A stretch of DNA of 63,082 nucleotides, filler included, from Reticulomyxa filosa (GCA_000512085.1; 17 parts of 17 records of this genome joined end to end with filler, not necessarily neighbours in it); one strand, 5' to 3'; positions 49,907 through 63,082 are shown, numbered from the whole stretch's first letter. Program-made: numbers and translations. The notes: generated from the sequence alone by a model not told the origin.

Positions 49907-50487
49907 AGAGGCTTAGTGTTTTGACATAATATACTTGTATGAAACATAAATATAAAAAATAAAAATAGAAAATTTGTTATGTGCATAGACGTATTTCCAA
50001 ACAAACTGTATTGAGTTATTTTACTTTTGATATCCTATTGGCTGGCAAAATTATTCAATTTGTCTAAAAATTTAAATGATAAAATAAACTATTAAGTTTG
50101 TACTAATTCACTTTTGATATTACTGCAAATTGACAACACAATACATTTTATGAACAGCAACATAAAAAATTAAAATTATAGACTGTAAAAATATATTTAA
50201 AAAATCAAAATACAAAATACTGAATTATTTAGTCAAAAATGATGCAAATAAATACAAAATTAAACTGATCGCTCTCAAATATATTAGTATCAATTAAAAA
50301 ATTAATTTAAGTTTTTGTATATCGATCTAATCATAGTCAAAAACACAAGCAATTAAATTTTGATTTTAAAAATACTGGTGCTGCAGTAAATAATTTAATT
50401 TGATGCTTTAAAAAACTGACACAAAACGGTTCGTCTTTAGTCTACAAAAAAAAAAGGGAAGGAAAAAAAGTAAAAATCAAAATTAAT

Positions 50488-51681
50488 ATGCGCGCTTCTT
50501 GGCTTAAATACTCGCACAATTTCAACACACGTTCGTTACAGACAAAGATCTATGAGAAGAAGATAGATCTTCGTTCGGATACAGTGACTCTTCCGACAGC
50601 CGCAATGCGACAGGCCATGCTGGAATCAAAAGTGGGCGATGATGTGTATGGAGAAGATCCAACCGTGAATTCATTACAAGAGCGCATGTCACATTTATTT
50701 TTAGGAAATAAATTCACGGGAAAAAATGCATTGTTTGTACCAACAGGGACAATGGGAAATCTAATAAGTTGCATCAGTCATTGTAGCAATACATTTGACA
50801 GTGAAATGATATTGGGAGACGAAAGCCATATCCATTTTTACGAGCAAGGTGGTATAGCATCAGTGGGAAGAATTCATAGTCGGGTAATCCAAAATAACAA
50901 AACGGATGGAACATTGAGTATCAAGGATATAGAAAAATGTGTTCGTCCAATGCATTTAAAGAATGTGCATTTTCCAATAACAAAACTGATATGTTTAGAA
51001 AACACTCAAAACAGATGTGGAGGTGCAGTATTACCACTGTCTTATTTGCAAGAGTTGCGCCAATGGGTAAATGCATATAACGACGAGTATAAGAGTGATA
51101 TTAAAATTCATTTGGATGGAGCGAGGATATTCAATGCATTAGTGGAGTATGGGAATGACTATTTGACTTATCCTTACAAAATTATGGATTATGTTGATAG
51201 CATTAGTGTTTGCTTTAGCAAAGGATTGGGTGCACCCATTGGGTCTATGGTCATCAGTCCGTGTGATGAATTTATGCAACGATGCTTACGCTTGCGTAAG
51301 GTCCTTGGTGGAGGAATGCGACAAGTTGGTGTCATTGCCAGCTGTGCTCATGTTAGTTTGGATGAGGTTGTTCCCAAACTGAAACAAGATCATATCAATG
51401 CTTTGCTCTTGGCTGACAAAATTACTAAACTTCAAATTTCTGGCTTGCAAATTGAAAAAATGCCTCAGACCAATATCGTCAATTTTGTCACTGAAGAACA
51501 AAAACTTCAAATGACTGATGAGCAGGTCGTTCTGGCTCTAAAACAAGCCAACGTGCTCATCAATTGTATGAGCAAAAATAAATTTCGAATGGTTTTGTAT
51601 CATCAAATCTCTACAAAGGATGTACTTGATGTTGTTGACAGACTTCAATCTATTTTTTCCAATAAAAAGAAACAAACGTAA
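50488..51681 (+). CDS. ltaE: Low-specificity L-threonine aldolase (GLY1/LtaE), intronless
   Basis: IDLRSDTVT, VGDDVYGEDPTV, LFVPTGTMGNL, HIHFYEQGG, LICLENTQN, IHLDGARIFNA, CFSKGLGAPIGS (PLP Lys), RKVLGGGMRQ. Confidence 0.97.
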   Translation: MRASWLKYSHNFNTRSLQTKIYEKKIDLRSDTVTLPTAAMRQAMLESKVGDDVYGEDPTVNSLQERMSHLFLGNKFTGKNALFVPTGTMGNLISCISHCSNTFDSEMILGDESHIHFYEQGGIASVGRIHSRVIQNNKTDGTLSIKDIEKCVRPMHLKNVHFPITKLICLENTQNRCGGAVLPLSYLQELRQWVNAYNDEYKSDIKIHLDGARIFNALVEYGNDYLTYPYKIMDYVDSISVCFSKGLGAPIGSMVISPCDEFMQRCLRLRKVLGGGMRQVGVIASCAHVSLDEVVPKLKQDHINALLLADKITKLQISGLQIEKMPQTNIVNFVTEEQKLQMTDEQVVLALKQANVLINCMSKNKFRMVLYHQISTKDVLDVVDRLQSIFSNKKKQT

Positions 51682-52203
51682 ATCAAGACAACATTTACTT
51701 CATATTTTTGTTATTATTTCTTTGTGTGATTGAGAAACGATAATAAAGGTGAAAAAATTTGTTGTTATGACTTTTGCATTTTTTTTAAGTACTGCTGGCT
51801 CGTGTAAAAAAAATTTTTAAATTCAATCACTTTAAAGCAAAAACATGTACTTTCATCTTTAAAGCTTTTTCTTTAATTGCTCTTGTTAGTTTTACTTTTT
51901 AACTGTCTATTTAATTTTTTGTCTAGTCAGTTTGAAAGAGCGGTCACTCGTATACAGTTTTCCTAACGGATTTATTACCAATTCCTCACCTTCCACACAC
52001 ATTCAAAATTAAACGCGGCATCAAAGCTATGTCGATGAGTGATATCAGATGATATTATAAAACGCTAGTTTTTTAAATTATTGTAGTCATATTTTTGTTG
52101 AAATAAGGACAAAGGCCGCAAATAAATTAAAAGAAACATAGCTATATACAAGCATACACAAACAAGAGTAATTAAAAAAAGAACTGTCGGTTTACAATTT
52201 GCT

Positions 52204-55200
52204 TCAAAAAATGTGTTTCCATTTATGAACTAAATCATTCAATCTACTCACACGCAAATAGTATTTCGTGAAACCACCTTCGTTCCGATTTAAAGTATCG
52301 ATAAGAACACAGCTGCGTGTTTCATCATAGCCAACAATTCGACATCGCTTTTCCGGGATTTTGACCAGTCCAACACTCATACTGATAATCTTGCACTCCT
52401 CAAAGTCGACAAATATTTTGACCAAGACCCTGCCTTCGGAGGGGACCTTCATTTCTTTGGTATCGAATTTGATATGTCGCATTTGATTTAAATTAGTTTG
52501 CTTTTTCAGCAACAAAACCAAGGCATTGGATTGTCGGTGATGGAAGACGTAGTGGCATCTAGTGTCGCTATCAAATAACTCGGAAACACTTGGAGGGATT
52601 TCCAGATCGATAGCTGTACTTCGCTTATGATCCTGTTCGATCTGTTGGAGTTTTTTTTTTTTTTCGCTGGTGGTCATAGGCTTGGGAGTGCTGGAGCGTT
52701 GTGCAGAAGATCGAGCCACGGTGCCAGAGGAGGGCTTTGTGCGAGGAGTGTGTTTGGGATTTGGAGTCCTTGGAGTTTTGTGAGACGTATTGTCGAGTGT
52801 CCTTTTCTCCTGTTTGGTAGCAGACTTGATCGAACTGCGAGACGACTGCGATTGATGAGTGGATATGTCACCACTGACCTTCAGCGTGGACATTGTTGCA
52901 GCATGTGCGGGATGAAGTCTGTTGCGAGCAGTGTCTTCGGAGCGACTGCGTTGTCGAGTCAATGGTCTCACTGGTGACTTTTTTAATGACACAAATCAAA
53001 AATATTTTATATTAATGTGTATACGTATATTATGTATACGTATATGTATATATGTCAATATAGAGTGAGTCTAAACGACAGGCTTAGCCAAAGGACTGAG
53101 CGGTGAAAATTGACGTCGTGATGTTGCTGAATTTTTAGCTTGCTTAGTATGTGCGCCGACAATCTTGGCAGGTTTTCTATTTTTGTCATTGCTTTTATTG
53201 TTACCTTTAATAACTTTGCTGTTGTCGTTGTCGCTGTTAATGTCACTCTTCTTCTTCTTCTTCTTCTTGTGCTTGTCTTCGGGACGCACAAATTCAAGCT
53301 CATTGATACGGCTGATGGCTTGGGCTGATTGTCTACGCTCAACTGATTCAAGCGAACCACCATTAATCTCAGCTTTGTATTTTTCATTTGCGTCTTATGA
53401 AACTCATACATTTTCTCCATTTCCACTTCACGATCGCGCCTGTGTTTCGCTCCGCTTGCACTTTGTGTCGCGTCGGTAGTTTCATTTTTGTTTTTGTTTG
53501 TTTTTTTCTTCGTTTTTTGTGTTTTGTTTTTTTTTGCCATATTTGCATTTGCGTTTGCATTTGCATTTGCATTTGACTTGGTGTTGTCACCACTTTCATT
53601 TTCATCAGCATACTTCTTTTCGTCTTCGTATTTGACTTCGGATTCATTTGACGAACCGCTTTTGTTTACCTGCGTCATCGTCACTGTCGCTGCCGCGGCC
53701 TTGAATCTTTCATACTCGTGCATGAAGCTTTGATATGCGGACTTAATGGTTCGCGCTTCAAACTGCTTATACACGGCGTTTTGCACACAGAACAAAGAGT
53801 GTGTGTTTCGATGATAATACGAGCACTTTGGGTGATGTATGGACCACTGAACCGGCGGATCTGGTGAATGCGAATGTTCCCTTCCTCAGTCAAATACGAA
53901 CGATACAACACGCAAGTCATTTTATCTTTGTGGTTGTGATTCGCCTGGTTGTTCTTGTTATTACTACTCCGCGAAGGGGTCGTACATGTTTATTATACAT
54001 ATATATATATATATATATATATATGTATACGTATACTGTGCGTGTAATGTATGTATTGAATAGTACACACTATATGCATATGCGCGCATATACATATATA
54101 TATATATATATATATATGTATATGTATATATACGTATATGCATATGCATGTTTATATATTGGTTATACTTGGGTAGACCCCCTTAGCACATATCCTTGAT
54201 TATCTTGCCTCCACATGTCCAAGATTTTATCAAAAGAATTAATTTCAAGTATCTTTAAATCGCCTTTGGAATAACCGTAAATAGCGGTAGAATCAACACT
54301 TCCGAATAATGCGCCGTTTCGACATTTCTTACGTAGCTGTTTTTCCTCCATTGTATTTAGACGGTCGATCATTTGGTCCTCCTCCATTTCGATTTCCAAC
54401 TTTTCTTCCTTCTTTTCCTCGTCGTTGTCTTCTAACTTATCAAGCATTTCATTGCGATTTTCTGCTGTTATCTCCACTTCCACGCTAGCATCGCTATTAC
54501 TATGCTCATATGCATCTTCTTTTTCTTTTTCTTCTTCTTTTTCTTCTTCTTCTTCTTCTTCTTCTTCTTCTTCTTTTTTCTTCTCTTTTTGCTGCTCCTG
54601 CGACTGTTGGATATGCTCCAAGAGTCTTGGCGGCACGTACGATAACACTGCTATGCTGGCACAACTTTTAAAAAATTTGTCAAATTTATCCAATGGCTTT
54701 TGAAATATCTTTGGCTTGTGGTAGTCCCGATGCACGCGGAATAACACTCCTTCTTTCGAAATTACAAACAAATTGTGGTTCACTCCCACCGAACACGATA
54801 TTGCTCCTTTTGCCGAAAAACGCTTGTTCGTTGTCAATGTCAGCAAAATATTTGTTCCTGTGTAATCCATCACTATTCTTCCTATCAACGCCAAGTGATT
54901 GCTGTCGTTCAGAGGGCAATCATACGTTACATATGGAAACAATGCTAGCAAGGGGGTATCTTGCCAGCTTTGTACTGCTTGAAATGACGACATACAGCAA
55001 TAAAATGGCTGTTTTCTTTTTTTTCTGCTCTTGAGGGTTTTTTTTACTTCCAAGTTTTTTACGCTTTTGTCTTAACTCAAAGGTTGAAAGTTTTCCACTG
55101 CTGATGCAATCATGTTCCATGCTTTTATATTTTCTCAAAAAACGAAAACAATAAAAATTACAAACAAATGACGAAAGACAGAGAAAGAGTTGCGTCGGCG

Positions 55201-55580
55201 TGTCCAAAAAAAAACTTCACGAGCCCAATTAATTTCTTACAATCTGTTTGATTCTCCTTTCTTGAAGACCAATTGCATCAAAGGAAAGAGGCATGGAAAA
55301 GTTGTTACTTTGTGCAATGGTTATTTTGATACCGAACACGGTGTCAGGAGCAAGTCTCACGGACATATCGCGTATGTTATCGTTTCCGCTACAATGGACG
55401 CCAGTAACCATTAAATACCAAACGTCCAGCACATGCGTTTCCAATGTCAACACGGGTTCCTGGATACTGGGCGGAAAAGCCATCGGTGTTGATAATGACA
55501 TCAGCAACACAGCAAGAAAGGAATTATTTACAAACAAAAGCTATACAACAGTCGCCAGTTACTGAGGGGACAAACCTACT
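52204..55580 (-). CDS. Large multi-exon hypothetical protein with acidic and basic low-complexity tracts, probably 5' truncated
   Basis: Consecutive minus-strand coding-like frames 55229-55537, 54163-55053, 53681-53920, 53055-53795 and 52204-52992, with (AT)n introns. No family recognised. Confidence 0.55.
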
Positions 55581-55668
55581 TAAAAAAAACTCTTTAAAAT
55601 ACCCTTTTGCAGGCAGGAGAGAAAAAAAAATATGAAAATGATCAAACATTCGAAATGAGGTTTTTTTT

Positions 55669-55704
<36 letters not shown>

Positions 55705-55804
55705 NNNNNNNNNNNNNNNNNNNNNNNNNNNNNNNNNNNNNNNNNNNNTTAATTAATTAANNNNNNNNNNNNNNNNNNNNNNNNNNNNNNNNNNNNNNNN
55801 NNNN

Positions 55805-57515
55805 CCAATGCGCCAGTGTCTGCTTTGTTGAGCAGTTTTAGGCCGCGCTTCAATACACCCATTTCGCGAACTTTTTGGCGCGCACAGCCGCACGGACTAC
55901 GGGATACGACATGCGGCCTATCGTTTTGCACATCGGCACCTGCGCGCATGTGCTCACGAACCCCGTTTTCACCACAAACTGATCCAATCCGCCGATGCCG
56001 CAAATGTTGCCTGCTGGGATTTGATCCACATGATCCAAGTGTCTTTCCCTTTTTTTTTTTAAAAAAATAAAAAAAAAAATTAAAAATTTTAAAAAATTAA
56101 AAAATTTGTGAACAACATAATAATATTGAAATAATACCATGAAATGAAATAGTTTGTATCCTTTGACGACAGTATGGGTATGATCAGACTGAAGGTATCT
56201 TGGTCCAAATACGTGGACGGTGGTGTTTTCTCGGATGGTCCCACAATACAGTCTTGCCAAGCCAATAAACATGCCGCTGGTGGTGGCATCCATATCCAAT
56301 CCATTGTCGTCTGCTGTCTTTTCATTGCGTGCTGTTGCTTGGCCCTTTCCACTTTCATCTGTCGGCGGATTATTGTTGCTGTTGTTGTTATTGTCATTGT
56401 TATTGTTATTGTCCTTGTCCTTGTTCGCTTCCGTCGTCTCCAACGCCGCTGTGTTGCTTTCTTCCGTTCCTACTTCGTTTCTTTCTTCCACTTTTTCTTC
56501 GTTCTACAAATCCATTCACATTTTTTTTTTTGGAATTAAAAAAGTGAACTTTTTTTTCCCTTTAAACTTGGGACCTTTTTTTTTTTTTTTTTTTTTGACT
56601 CACGATGAAAGGCTTCCATATGTCGGTGATGTCCACAACATTGAGCGCTGTTTCAATTGAACCTTGCTTTGGGGAATTGATTTCTATTTTGCAAGCGACG
56701 CAAAAGCAGTCATTATCAACATCAAATGTGAAAGACAAACAATTGCAGTTGGATCACATCTCTCTCTTTTTTTCATTGGATGCTCCAAAAAAAAAAAAAA
56801 AAAAAAAAATTAACATGCTTTCAAGGCTCAGCTGCTTATCCTTCTGCACAACGAGTTCATCCAGAGCTGTGGCTAAATTGGCACTTGGCTCTGCCTTAAT
56901 TTGAGCAGCGTCGACAGGTTGGTTGGCCTCTGAACTTGGTCTGTCCTCTTTCTTTTCTTTGCTGGTGATCGCCTCCTGTTTTTGGACAAGATTGCATATA
57001 CTATATATACATATACATACATATATATATATATGTATGTATATGTATACCTGTGTTGGTTTAGAGAGCGCAGCTTGCAGATCAGCGGCTGAGACCATGA
57101 CCATTTTTGGAATGTATAACACTGCTTCTGGATAGTTTCGATCGCACGTTTTTAGAGCGTTGAGCATGTCAGCTCCCAATTGGCTGATGTTCCAAATGCG
57201 CTCCAGACGCTTTGCTTGCGCCTCGATCGGCGACGGCAAGTACTCCACCACCATATCTGTAAAGAGTGGAGTCCATACGTGCACATCAAGCCAACTTTGT
57301 GGGTTGCTTCTCTCTCTCTCTCTCTTGAAAACAAAAGTCAAAATCAAAAGAAACGAAAAAGTTGCCAATTTGTAAAAAACCTAAGACAGAAGTGGAAATC
57401 GGCATCCATCGAGACATTATTGCAATCAATTTTGAAGAGGCTTCTTTCGTGTTGGCATCTCTGGGAGGGATTGTCAAATTCAGTTTTTTCACAATATTTT
57501 GAAACTTTGGAACGT
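55805..57515 (-). CDS. EFL1: Elongation factor-like GTPase 1 (EFL1/Ria1), internal fragment
   Basis: IMSRWMPISTSVL|DMVVEYLPSPIEAQAKR, VLYIPKMV, a long insertion, FIGLARLYCGTI, VHVFGPRY, PAGNICGIGGLDQFVVKTG, PVVRAAV, LKRGLKLLNKAD. The insertion and LKLLNxAD favour EFL1 over eEF2. Confidence 0.88.
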
Positions 57516-59085
57516 TACTTTTTATTTATTTATTTGTTTTTTTTTAAAAAAAAAAAAAAAACAAAGTCCCTCCATTCNNNNNNNNNNNNNNNNNNNNNNN
57601 NNNNNNNNNNNNNNNNNNNNNTTAATTAATTAANNNNNNNNNNNNNNNNNNNNNNNNNNNNNNNNNNNNNNNNNNNNATTAGGTCTGAATGTTGTTTTTT
57701 CATGAAGAAAATCATTCATCTATATAAGGTACCGTTTTATGTGTCAACTTTACTTTGCATTCTACTGTATAAGTTCAATTCACCGCTAAATCGCAAAGAC
57801 TATGCCATTGCGGAGATAACTTTCGAAATTAATTCATTCAAGTTATTCAAATTTAGTTTGGTAATTCAAAAATGTTTTTGGCATATAACGTATGCGGTTT
57901 CGTTATATTAACAAAGAAACTTCATTATGGTCCAACGACACATTAATTTTTCTACTAAGCATGTAGATATAAAAGCACAATTTCTGTTTTTTCTGTAGTC
58001 AAATGACAAACGTTCCAAAATTAAGGCAAACTGAGCCAGTGTATCTTCATGCAATGTGTCAGATTAAATCAAATAACATAATCAAAATTATAAACAAACT
58101 TTCTTAATTATCATTTACTTTGTCGATTATTTGCTTGCCAATCGTATAATGTCATCAAGCAAAGTTGTTTGCTGCGTTCTCTTTCATGTGGACAAGAAAC
58201 TCATAGTGGAATATGGCCGCAAAAGTGAAGTTTTTTAAATAATAAATGACATTAAATTCCAGGTCAAACTATTTTATATTATAAGTTATACATAAACTGA
58301 AAAATGAACTGTAAATTGGACACTTAATGCAAGTCTACAAGTAACAAATTGTCAACTAACTGTTTCTTCAAAAAGATTTGAGATATTATTCATTTAATAA
58401 GTTCTATTTTCTTTTGACACTGTTGTCAGTTGATTGATCTGCACAATATTGTTCAAAGATTTCATTTCCTGTATGTATGCAGGCTTGACATACTTCAATC
58501 GTGATAATTTATATCATTTTTATTTATTTTAACAAATTTAAAACCAAGAACTTGAAAAAGACAGACAACGAAAACGAACAAAAAAAAACTCTAAATCACA
58601 AAGAACTCTTAGTTTCAAACAATACGTCATAGTATAGTCAAAATCATGCATTGTAGCTATTTTGATTATTTGATTTAAAACTTCGTCAATTTACTTAAGA
58701 GTCAAAATATTCTGCGAAAAGGAAAATTATTTGAGTTAATTTGGAGACAATCTACTTTAACAATAGGATTTGTAGTTCTTACGTTTTGGAAAATCTGATG
58801 ACATTGGTTAATGTTTTCATTTGCAAACACAATTGCCATCTTCCTTTATCTCTTTTTTTTTTTTGTAACAATTTCTTGTGCAAAAAGCCTGCTATTTTTG
58901 TTTCTCAAGGCGACAAACACTCCACAGAGGTGAGAAGAGAAAAAAAATATACAACACACCAGCCAAAAGTGGGGAAACAAACATATCAATTTTTTTTCTT
59001 CCCAAGTTTGTCTTTTGAAAGCTGAGCTTGAACAAACAAAAAAAGAACAGAATAAATAAAAATAAAAAAGAAAAAAACAACAAAG

Positions 59086-60641
59086 TCACAAAATATGGCA
59101 GTGACAACACCATCTATGCTTTGCATTTTTATTGTTGTGTTGTGAGTCTTGATTGGAATGACTCGGAGGATTCGTTTGTGAGATGTTTGGAGTGACTTGG
59201 GTAGTACCATTGAAATGTGAATTGTCTGTGTTGGGGAGGACATTAGGTGTACTGATGTTTTCGGAATTGACCATTACATTTTGGGCAAGAACATGAGATG
59301 GCAATTGAGTTTCATTAAAAAGGGGTCTGTCTTTGTCTTTATCTGTATCTTTGTCCTTTTCATGATTGAGCTTCTGTGTTGGAAGTGTGGCATTATCAGA
59401 ATTTGCAACAGACACTCGATTTATTGGCGCAAGAGAAAGCGGAACGACTTCATCGGAGCGGTCTTTGGTCGTTTTGGTAAGATAGGATTGAGTGCGGACT
59501 TGTTTACGTAGCAGTCGATGGGACAACGGGGGTAAAGTGTCGTCAGGTACTACTCCGGCAGAGTTAATGTCCACCAACTGCTGCTGCGTGGCAAAATCTT
59601 GAAATTTCTGACTTTGAGGAATACTCGACAACATTGTCACCATTTCGTCTTGCACTGCGCTTTTCGAAACAAACGGAAACGCGCGCAACGACGCATCAAA
59701 CTCGGGTGTTATATTTGCTTTGCTGTACTTTTCATCCGATTCGGGTCGTCCAATATGCCGCAAAGAATCAGCATTTATTTCATCTTGCTACAATCAATAA
59801 ACAAATGAATGTATATACATATATACGTATGTATACATATACATATAAATATATATATATACATACTTAGGGACAAATGGTGGGGGTACATATCCAGCTT
59901 CAATCAACCCAAAGTCGACACTGTCAAACCAAACGTGTTCTTTAATCTCTTGGATTCCATTTGCTCCTAATCTCCGTTCTGGATCTTTTAGCAACAGCTG
60001 TTCTTTTTCGCCGATTGCATATATGTATATATGTACATATATAAATGCATGTAATGTATGTTACAAAAAGAGAAAAAAAAAAAGAAATTGTTCGTTCGTT
60101 TGTTTGTTTGTAAGGACTCAACTCCTTTCAAAAAACTCCGCGAAGTGGAAGAAAAAAAATGATCTGAGAACTCTGGATCGAGTTCGACAACATTTTGGTC
60201 CAATTCATTGCCAGCACGTTCGGGAGGAGGAAGAGGAGGATTGGCGAGCTTGGGGTCGTTTTTTTCCGCGGCGGTTGAAAGGGCTTCTTTCCGCTGAGAA
60301 AGCGATAGATCAAGACGCCATAGCTGAAGTAATCGGCAGTTTGATCGTAATACTGTTGCAAGCACACTTCGGGAGCAGTGTAGCCAGGGGTGCCCGCATA
60401 CCCCGTCACCGATCGCTTGCGCGTACATTTCACGGCCAGTCCCAAGTCACTGATCTTGCAATGGCCATGGTTGTCCAGCAGCACGTTCTCCAGCTTCACG
60501 TCGCGGTACACAATGCCTTGGTTGTGGATGTGCTCCAAGCCCAGCAAGATTTGAGCGCCATAAAAGCGAGACCGTGACACATCAAATCTGCCGTCTTTGT
60601 TTAAATGGAATTTCAAATCGCCACCGACCATTAAATCCAAT
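59086..60641 (-). CDS. G-protein-coupled receptor kinase (GRK)-like AGC kinase, 5' truncated, C-terminal CaaX
   Basis: LDLMVGGDLKFHL, IVYRDVKLENVLLD, CKISDLGLA (DLG as in GRKs), AGTPGYTAPEV, KDPERRLG, PPPFVP. Ends RWCCHCHIL*. Frameshift at 60259-60265. Confidence 0.85.
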
Positions 60642-60741
60642 NNNNNNNNNNNNNNNNNNNNNNNNNNNNNNNNNNNNNNNNNNNNTTAATTAATTAANNN
60701 NNNNNNNNNNNNNNNNNNNNNNNNNNNNNNNNNNNNNNNNN

Positions 60742-61167
60742 TTTTTTTTTTTTTTTTTTGCAAACCCTCATTTCTGATTCATTTGTAAATGCACTCGCCA
60801 ACTCGGCGTCTTCTGTCAATTGAAAGACCACGTTTGCTCGGTACAGGTTCTTCTCTTGTGTTTGCCATACCCACAGCTTTTCTATCGGCCCGAACATACT
60901 GTATTTCTCGAGCAACTCCTCTTGGGTACAGTCTGGCGGCAAATCGCTGATCATCAACACTCGGTGGTAGTTTTCGTCGGTTATGTACTTTCGCTGTAGT
61001 GTCTCGTCGTCTTCGTCGCTTTGTCGGAACACTGAATTTGGCTTGGGTACGCTTGAGGATTCGGACGGATTACTTGCGATTATCGCACTTTTCGGAGCCG
61101 AACCAGCTCCTGTCGATTCTGCATTTGCCACATTCGACGGAATGGTTGCATGTGCAAGTGTTGTCAT
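60742..61167 (-). CDS. RRM-domain protein, first exon
   Basis: RVLMISDLPPDCTQEELLEKYSMFGPIEKLWV...YRANVVFQLTEDAELA matches the RNP2/RNP1 pattern. Confidence 0.75.
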
Positions 61168-61870
61168 ATTTGAATCTTTTTACCTTGACGAAACTACCCG
61201 GGGGAGCTTGTTGACCAGCTGTAAACAACTCCGCTACAGTTTCTGTCGTTTGTTGAATTCAATTCCTTGTTTACGTTGCAAATAAAATTTAAAAAATTGC
61301 TTTGCTTTCTGGCATGTACCTGTGAACAATTCAATTCGCAACATTGAGCTACTCAAAAGATTGATACGTCTCGCAAATTTCATATTTATGTTAAGTTTAC
61401 TAAAATTTGTAAGTAAGAAATAGAGCAAACCAATTTTTTATTACATTTTTCTTATTTGGTCTTTCGATTGTGATCCAAGCTTGAAAAAGATATTTCTTTG
61501 AGAGTGTCACTTTCGCTTTTATTCCCTTGCGAGATAGAACCCGAATTAAATTTAAGACTGAAAAATAAATATTCCTGAATAAGTTGTGTCAACGAGTACG
61601 TGTTATTGAGGCATTCAAAAATCTTGAGACTAAATTTAAAAAAGCAAATGAAATGAAGACCAAAAACAAAAGAACTTTAGTCTTTTAACAATTTTACCGA
61701 ATAAAAAATTAGAATATGGATAAACAATTGAAAATGTTTCCAAACATAAAAGGTCAAATGGAGAGTGAAAACGTTGAGCCAATAAAGGATGAATGGACAA
61801 CAAAGGAATATTTCGGTAGAGTAGAGAAAACGACAAAGCTGTTTTAACTGAGGGATGTTTCTGGATAATG

Positions 61871-61908
<38 letters not shown>

Positions 61909-62247
61909 TTGGTGNNNNNNNNNNNNNNNNNNNNNNNNNNNNNNNNNNNNNNNNNNNNTTAATTAATTAANNNNNNNNNNNNNNNNNNNNNNNNNNNNNN
62001 NNNNNNNNNNNNNNGCTTTTTTTTCTCAAGGATAATGAAAGGGGTTTCAAAATATTTTTGGCACTGCACCCCAAACCGTAGTATTTCTATAACCTCTCTG
62101 TCACTAGTATTTTGTTCTTTTTTTTTTCACATGTAGTAAATTCAATCGCTTCTATATAAATTAGCTTTTGTTTCATCCAAAATATGACTTTTTTCCAATA
62201 ATGTAAAGCTGAATTTTGTGTTTACTAATAAAGTTAGGGTCTGTTTT

Positions 62248-62470
62248 CCAATGATGTGTATATGATTAACTTCATTCAATATTGCAACGCAATTAAATAA
62301 TGGACTGTTTGAAATGTCAGCCATTTGTTTACTTGAATTGAATAGTTGTGCACTGATTCTGATAAAACATCATCACCACTCCATCCACCAAAGAACAAGA
62401 TGACACCATTGACACATACAGATGCATATGCACAAAATGGTGCAATATGATGAAAATAAATAGTTGATGA
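62248..62470 (-). pseudogene. Kelch-like repeat pseudogene fragment (C-terminal part)
   Basis: AYASVCVNGVILFFGGWSGDDVLSESVHNYSIQVNKW, frameshift, then SPLFNCVAILNEVNHIHIIG. Confidence 0.7.
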
Positions 62471-62556
62471 AACTGTTATTCAAAGATATTTTTTAATTTT
62501 TTAATAAAAAAATCAATCTTTGTTTTTCTAAATCATGTTACTCCAAAAAATTTTAA

Positions 62557-62848
62557 TAGAAGAGCTTGTTACTCTTGTCATACCCTCAAAAATGAATATA
62601 AGTTTATTTGTGAGTATTCAAGTCATGTTCAATTATGGGAACACTGTATAGTGAAACAGATAACGATAATAACAACAACAAAGACAAAAATCAAGTCACT
62701 TCGTTATCATTTGGTGGAGATGAAAATTCAAACATACGTCATCAAACAAATCAAATGAATTAAATAATCACAATCATCCAATTATCATTGGAAGAAAAAT
62801 GATTATTATCGAGGAGTACGTGAAGTAATTGGTGGAGTTAACAATAAA
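62557..62848 (+). pseudogene. Kelch-like repeat pseudogene fragment (N-terminal part)
   Basis: RACYSCHTLKNEYKFICEYSSHVQLWEHCIVK, frameshift, DKNQVTSLSFGG...NHNHPIIIGR...YYRGVREVIGGVNN. Confidence 0.65.
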
Positions 62849-63082
62849 TAACGCCATGGAATTGCATTGCGAATGAACATGAAAATGCAGAACAAGCGTA
62901 TTTGTTTGGAGCGAACAAGAAAATCAATGCGGTTATAAAGGAGAAATAAAGGAAATAAAGATCAATTAATATCAATTCAACAAGTTATTGCAACTGCAAA
63001 CTGAAAAATTGAAAACAGTTTTATCATTATTTTTATGCTTTTATAATATTTATCATTTATAAACAAAGGAAAAATAACAAAA

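Noticed and set aside
50488-51681. Intronless threonine aldolase as bacterial contamination or recent HGT
   Set aside because: Host-like AT-rich codons, an N-terminal presequence-like extension, and the same contig as an intron-rich gene. The family is widespread in eukaryotes.
59086-61167. RRM exon and GRK-like kinase as one RRM-kinase fusion gene
   Set aside because: Same strand but split by the linker at 60642-60741. Other neighbouring contigs are clearly unrelated, so order gives no support.

Overview
This is AT-rich eukaryotic DNA, not one locus. It is 17 contig fragments joined by 16 identical 100-nt linkers (N44-TTAATTAATTAA-N44), so adjacency across a linker carries no biological meaning. 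Intron-rich genes, homopolymer and (AT)n tracts, and expanded RING/TRAF, WD40 and kelch families with pseudogenes resemble the foraminiferan Reticulomyxa filosa (inferred from remembered family signatures, not from a search). Recognisable genes: PIG-L, an eIF2-alpha-kinase-like fragment, SEL1L/Hrd3, a MINDY deubiquitinase, a DNAJC11-like protein, a bZIP factor, a SNAP-25-type SNARE, a bacterial-type PARG (TIGR02452-like), 3-hydroxyisobutyrate dehydrogenase, a PDS5-like fragment, MsrA, a USP20/33-like protease, an ADP-ribosylglycohydrolase, an S10 carboxypeptidase, threonine aldolase, EFL1, a GRK-like kinase and an RRM protein. Mobile DNA: a decayed LINE with RT and RNase H, an LTR family seen in three contigs (one apparent solo LTR with a TSD), and a TA-flanked MITE. 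Most interesting: an intronless 573-aa ORF with R-STS-E ADP-ribosyltransferase toxin-like motifs inside host DNA; the LTR family; SEL1L carrying Tudor-like and ShKT domains; introns ending in poly(A)-AG or containing palindromes; and a CaaX-ending GRK. Single-base frameshifts in conserved genes, mostly at homopolymers, are probably sequencing errors.
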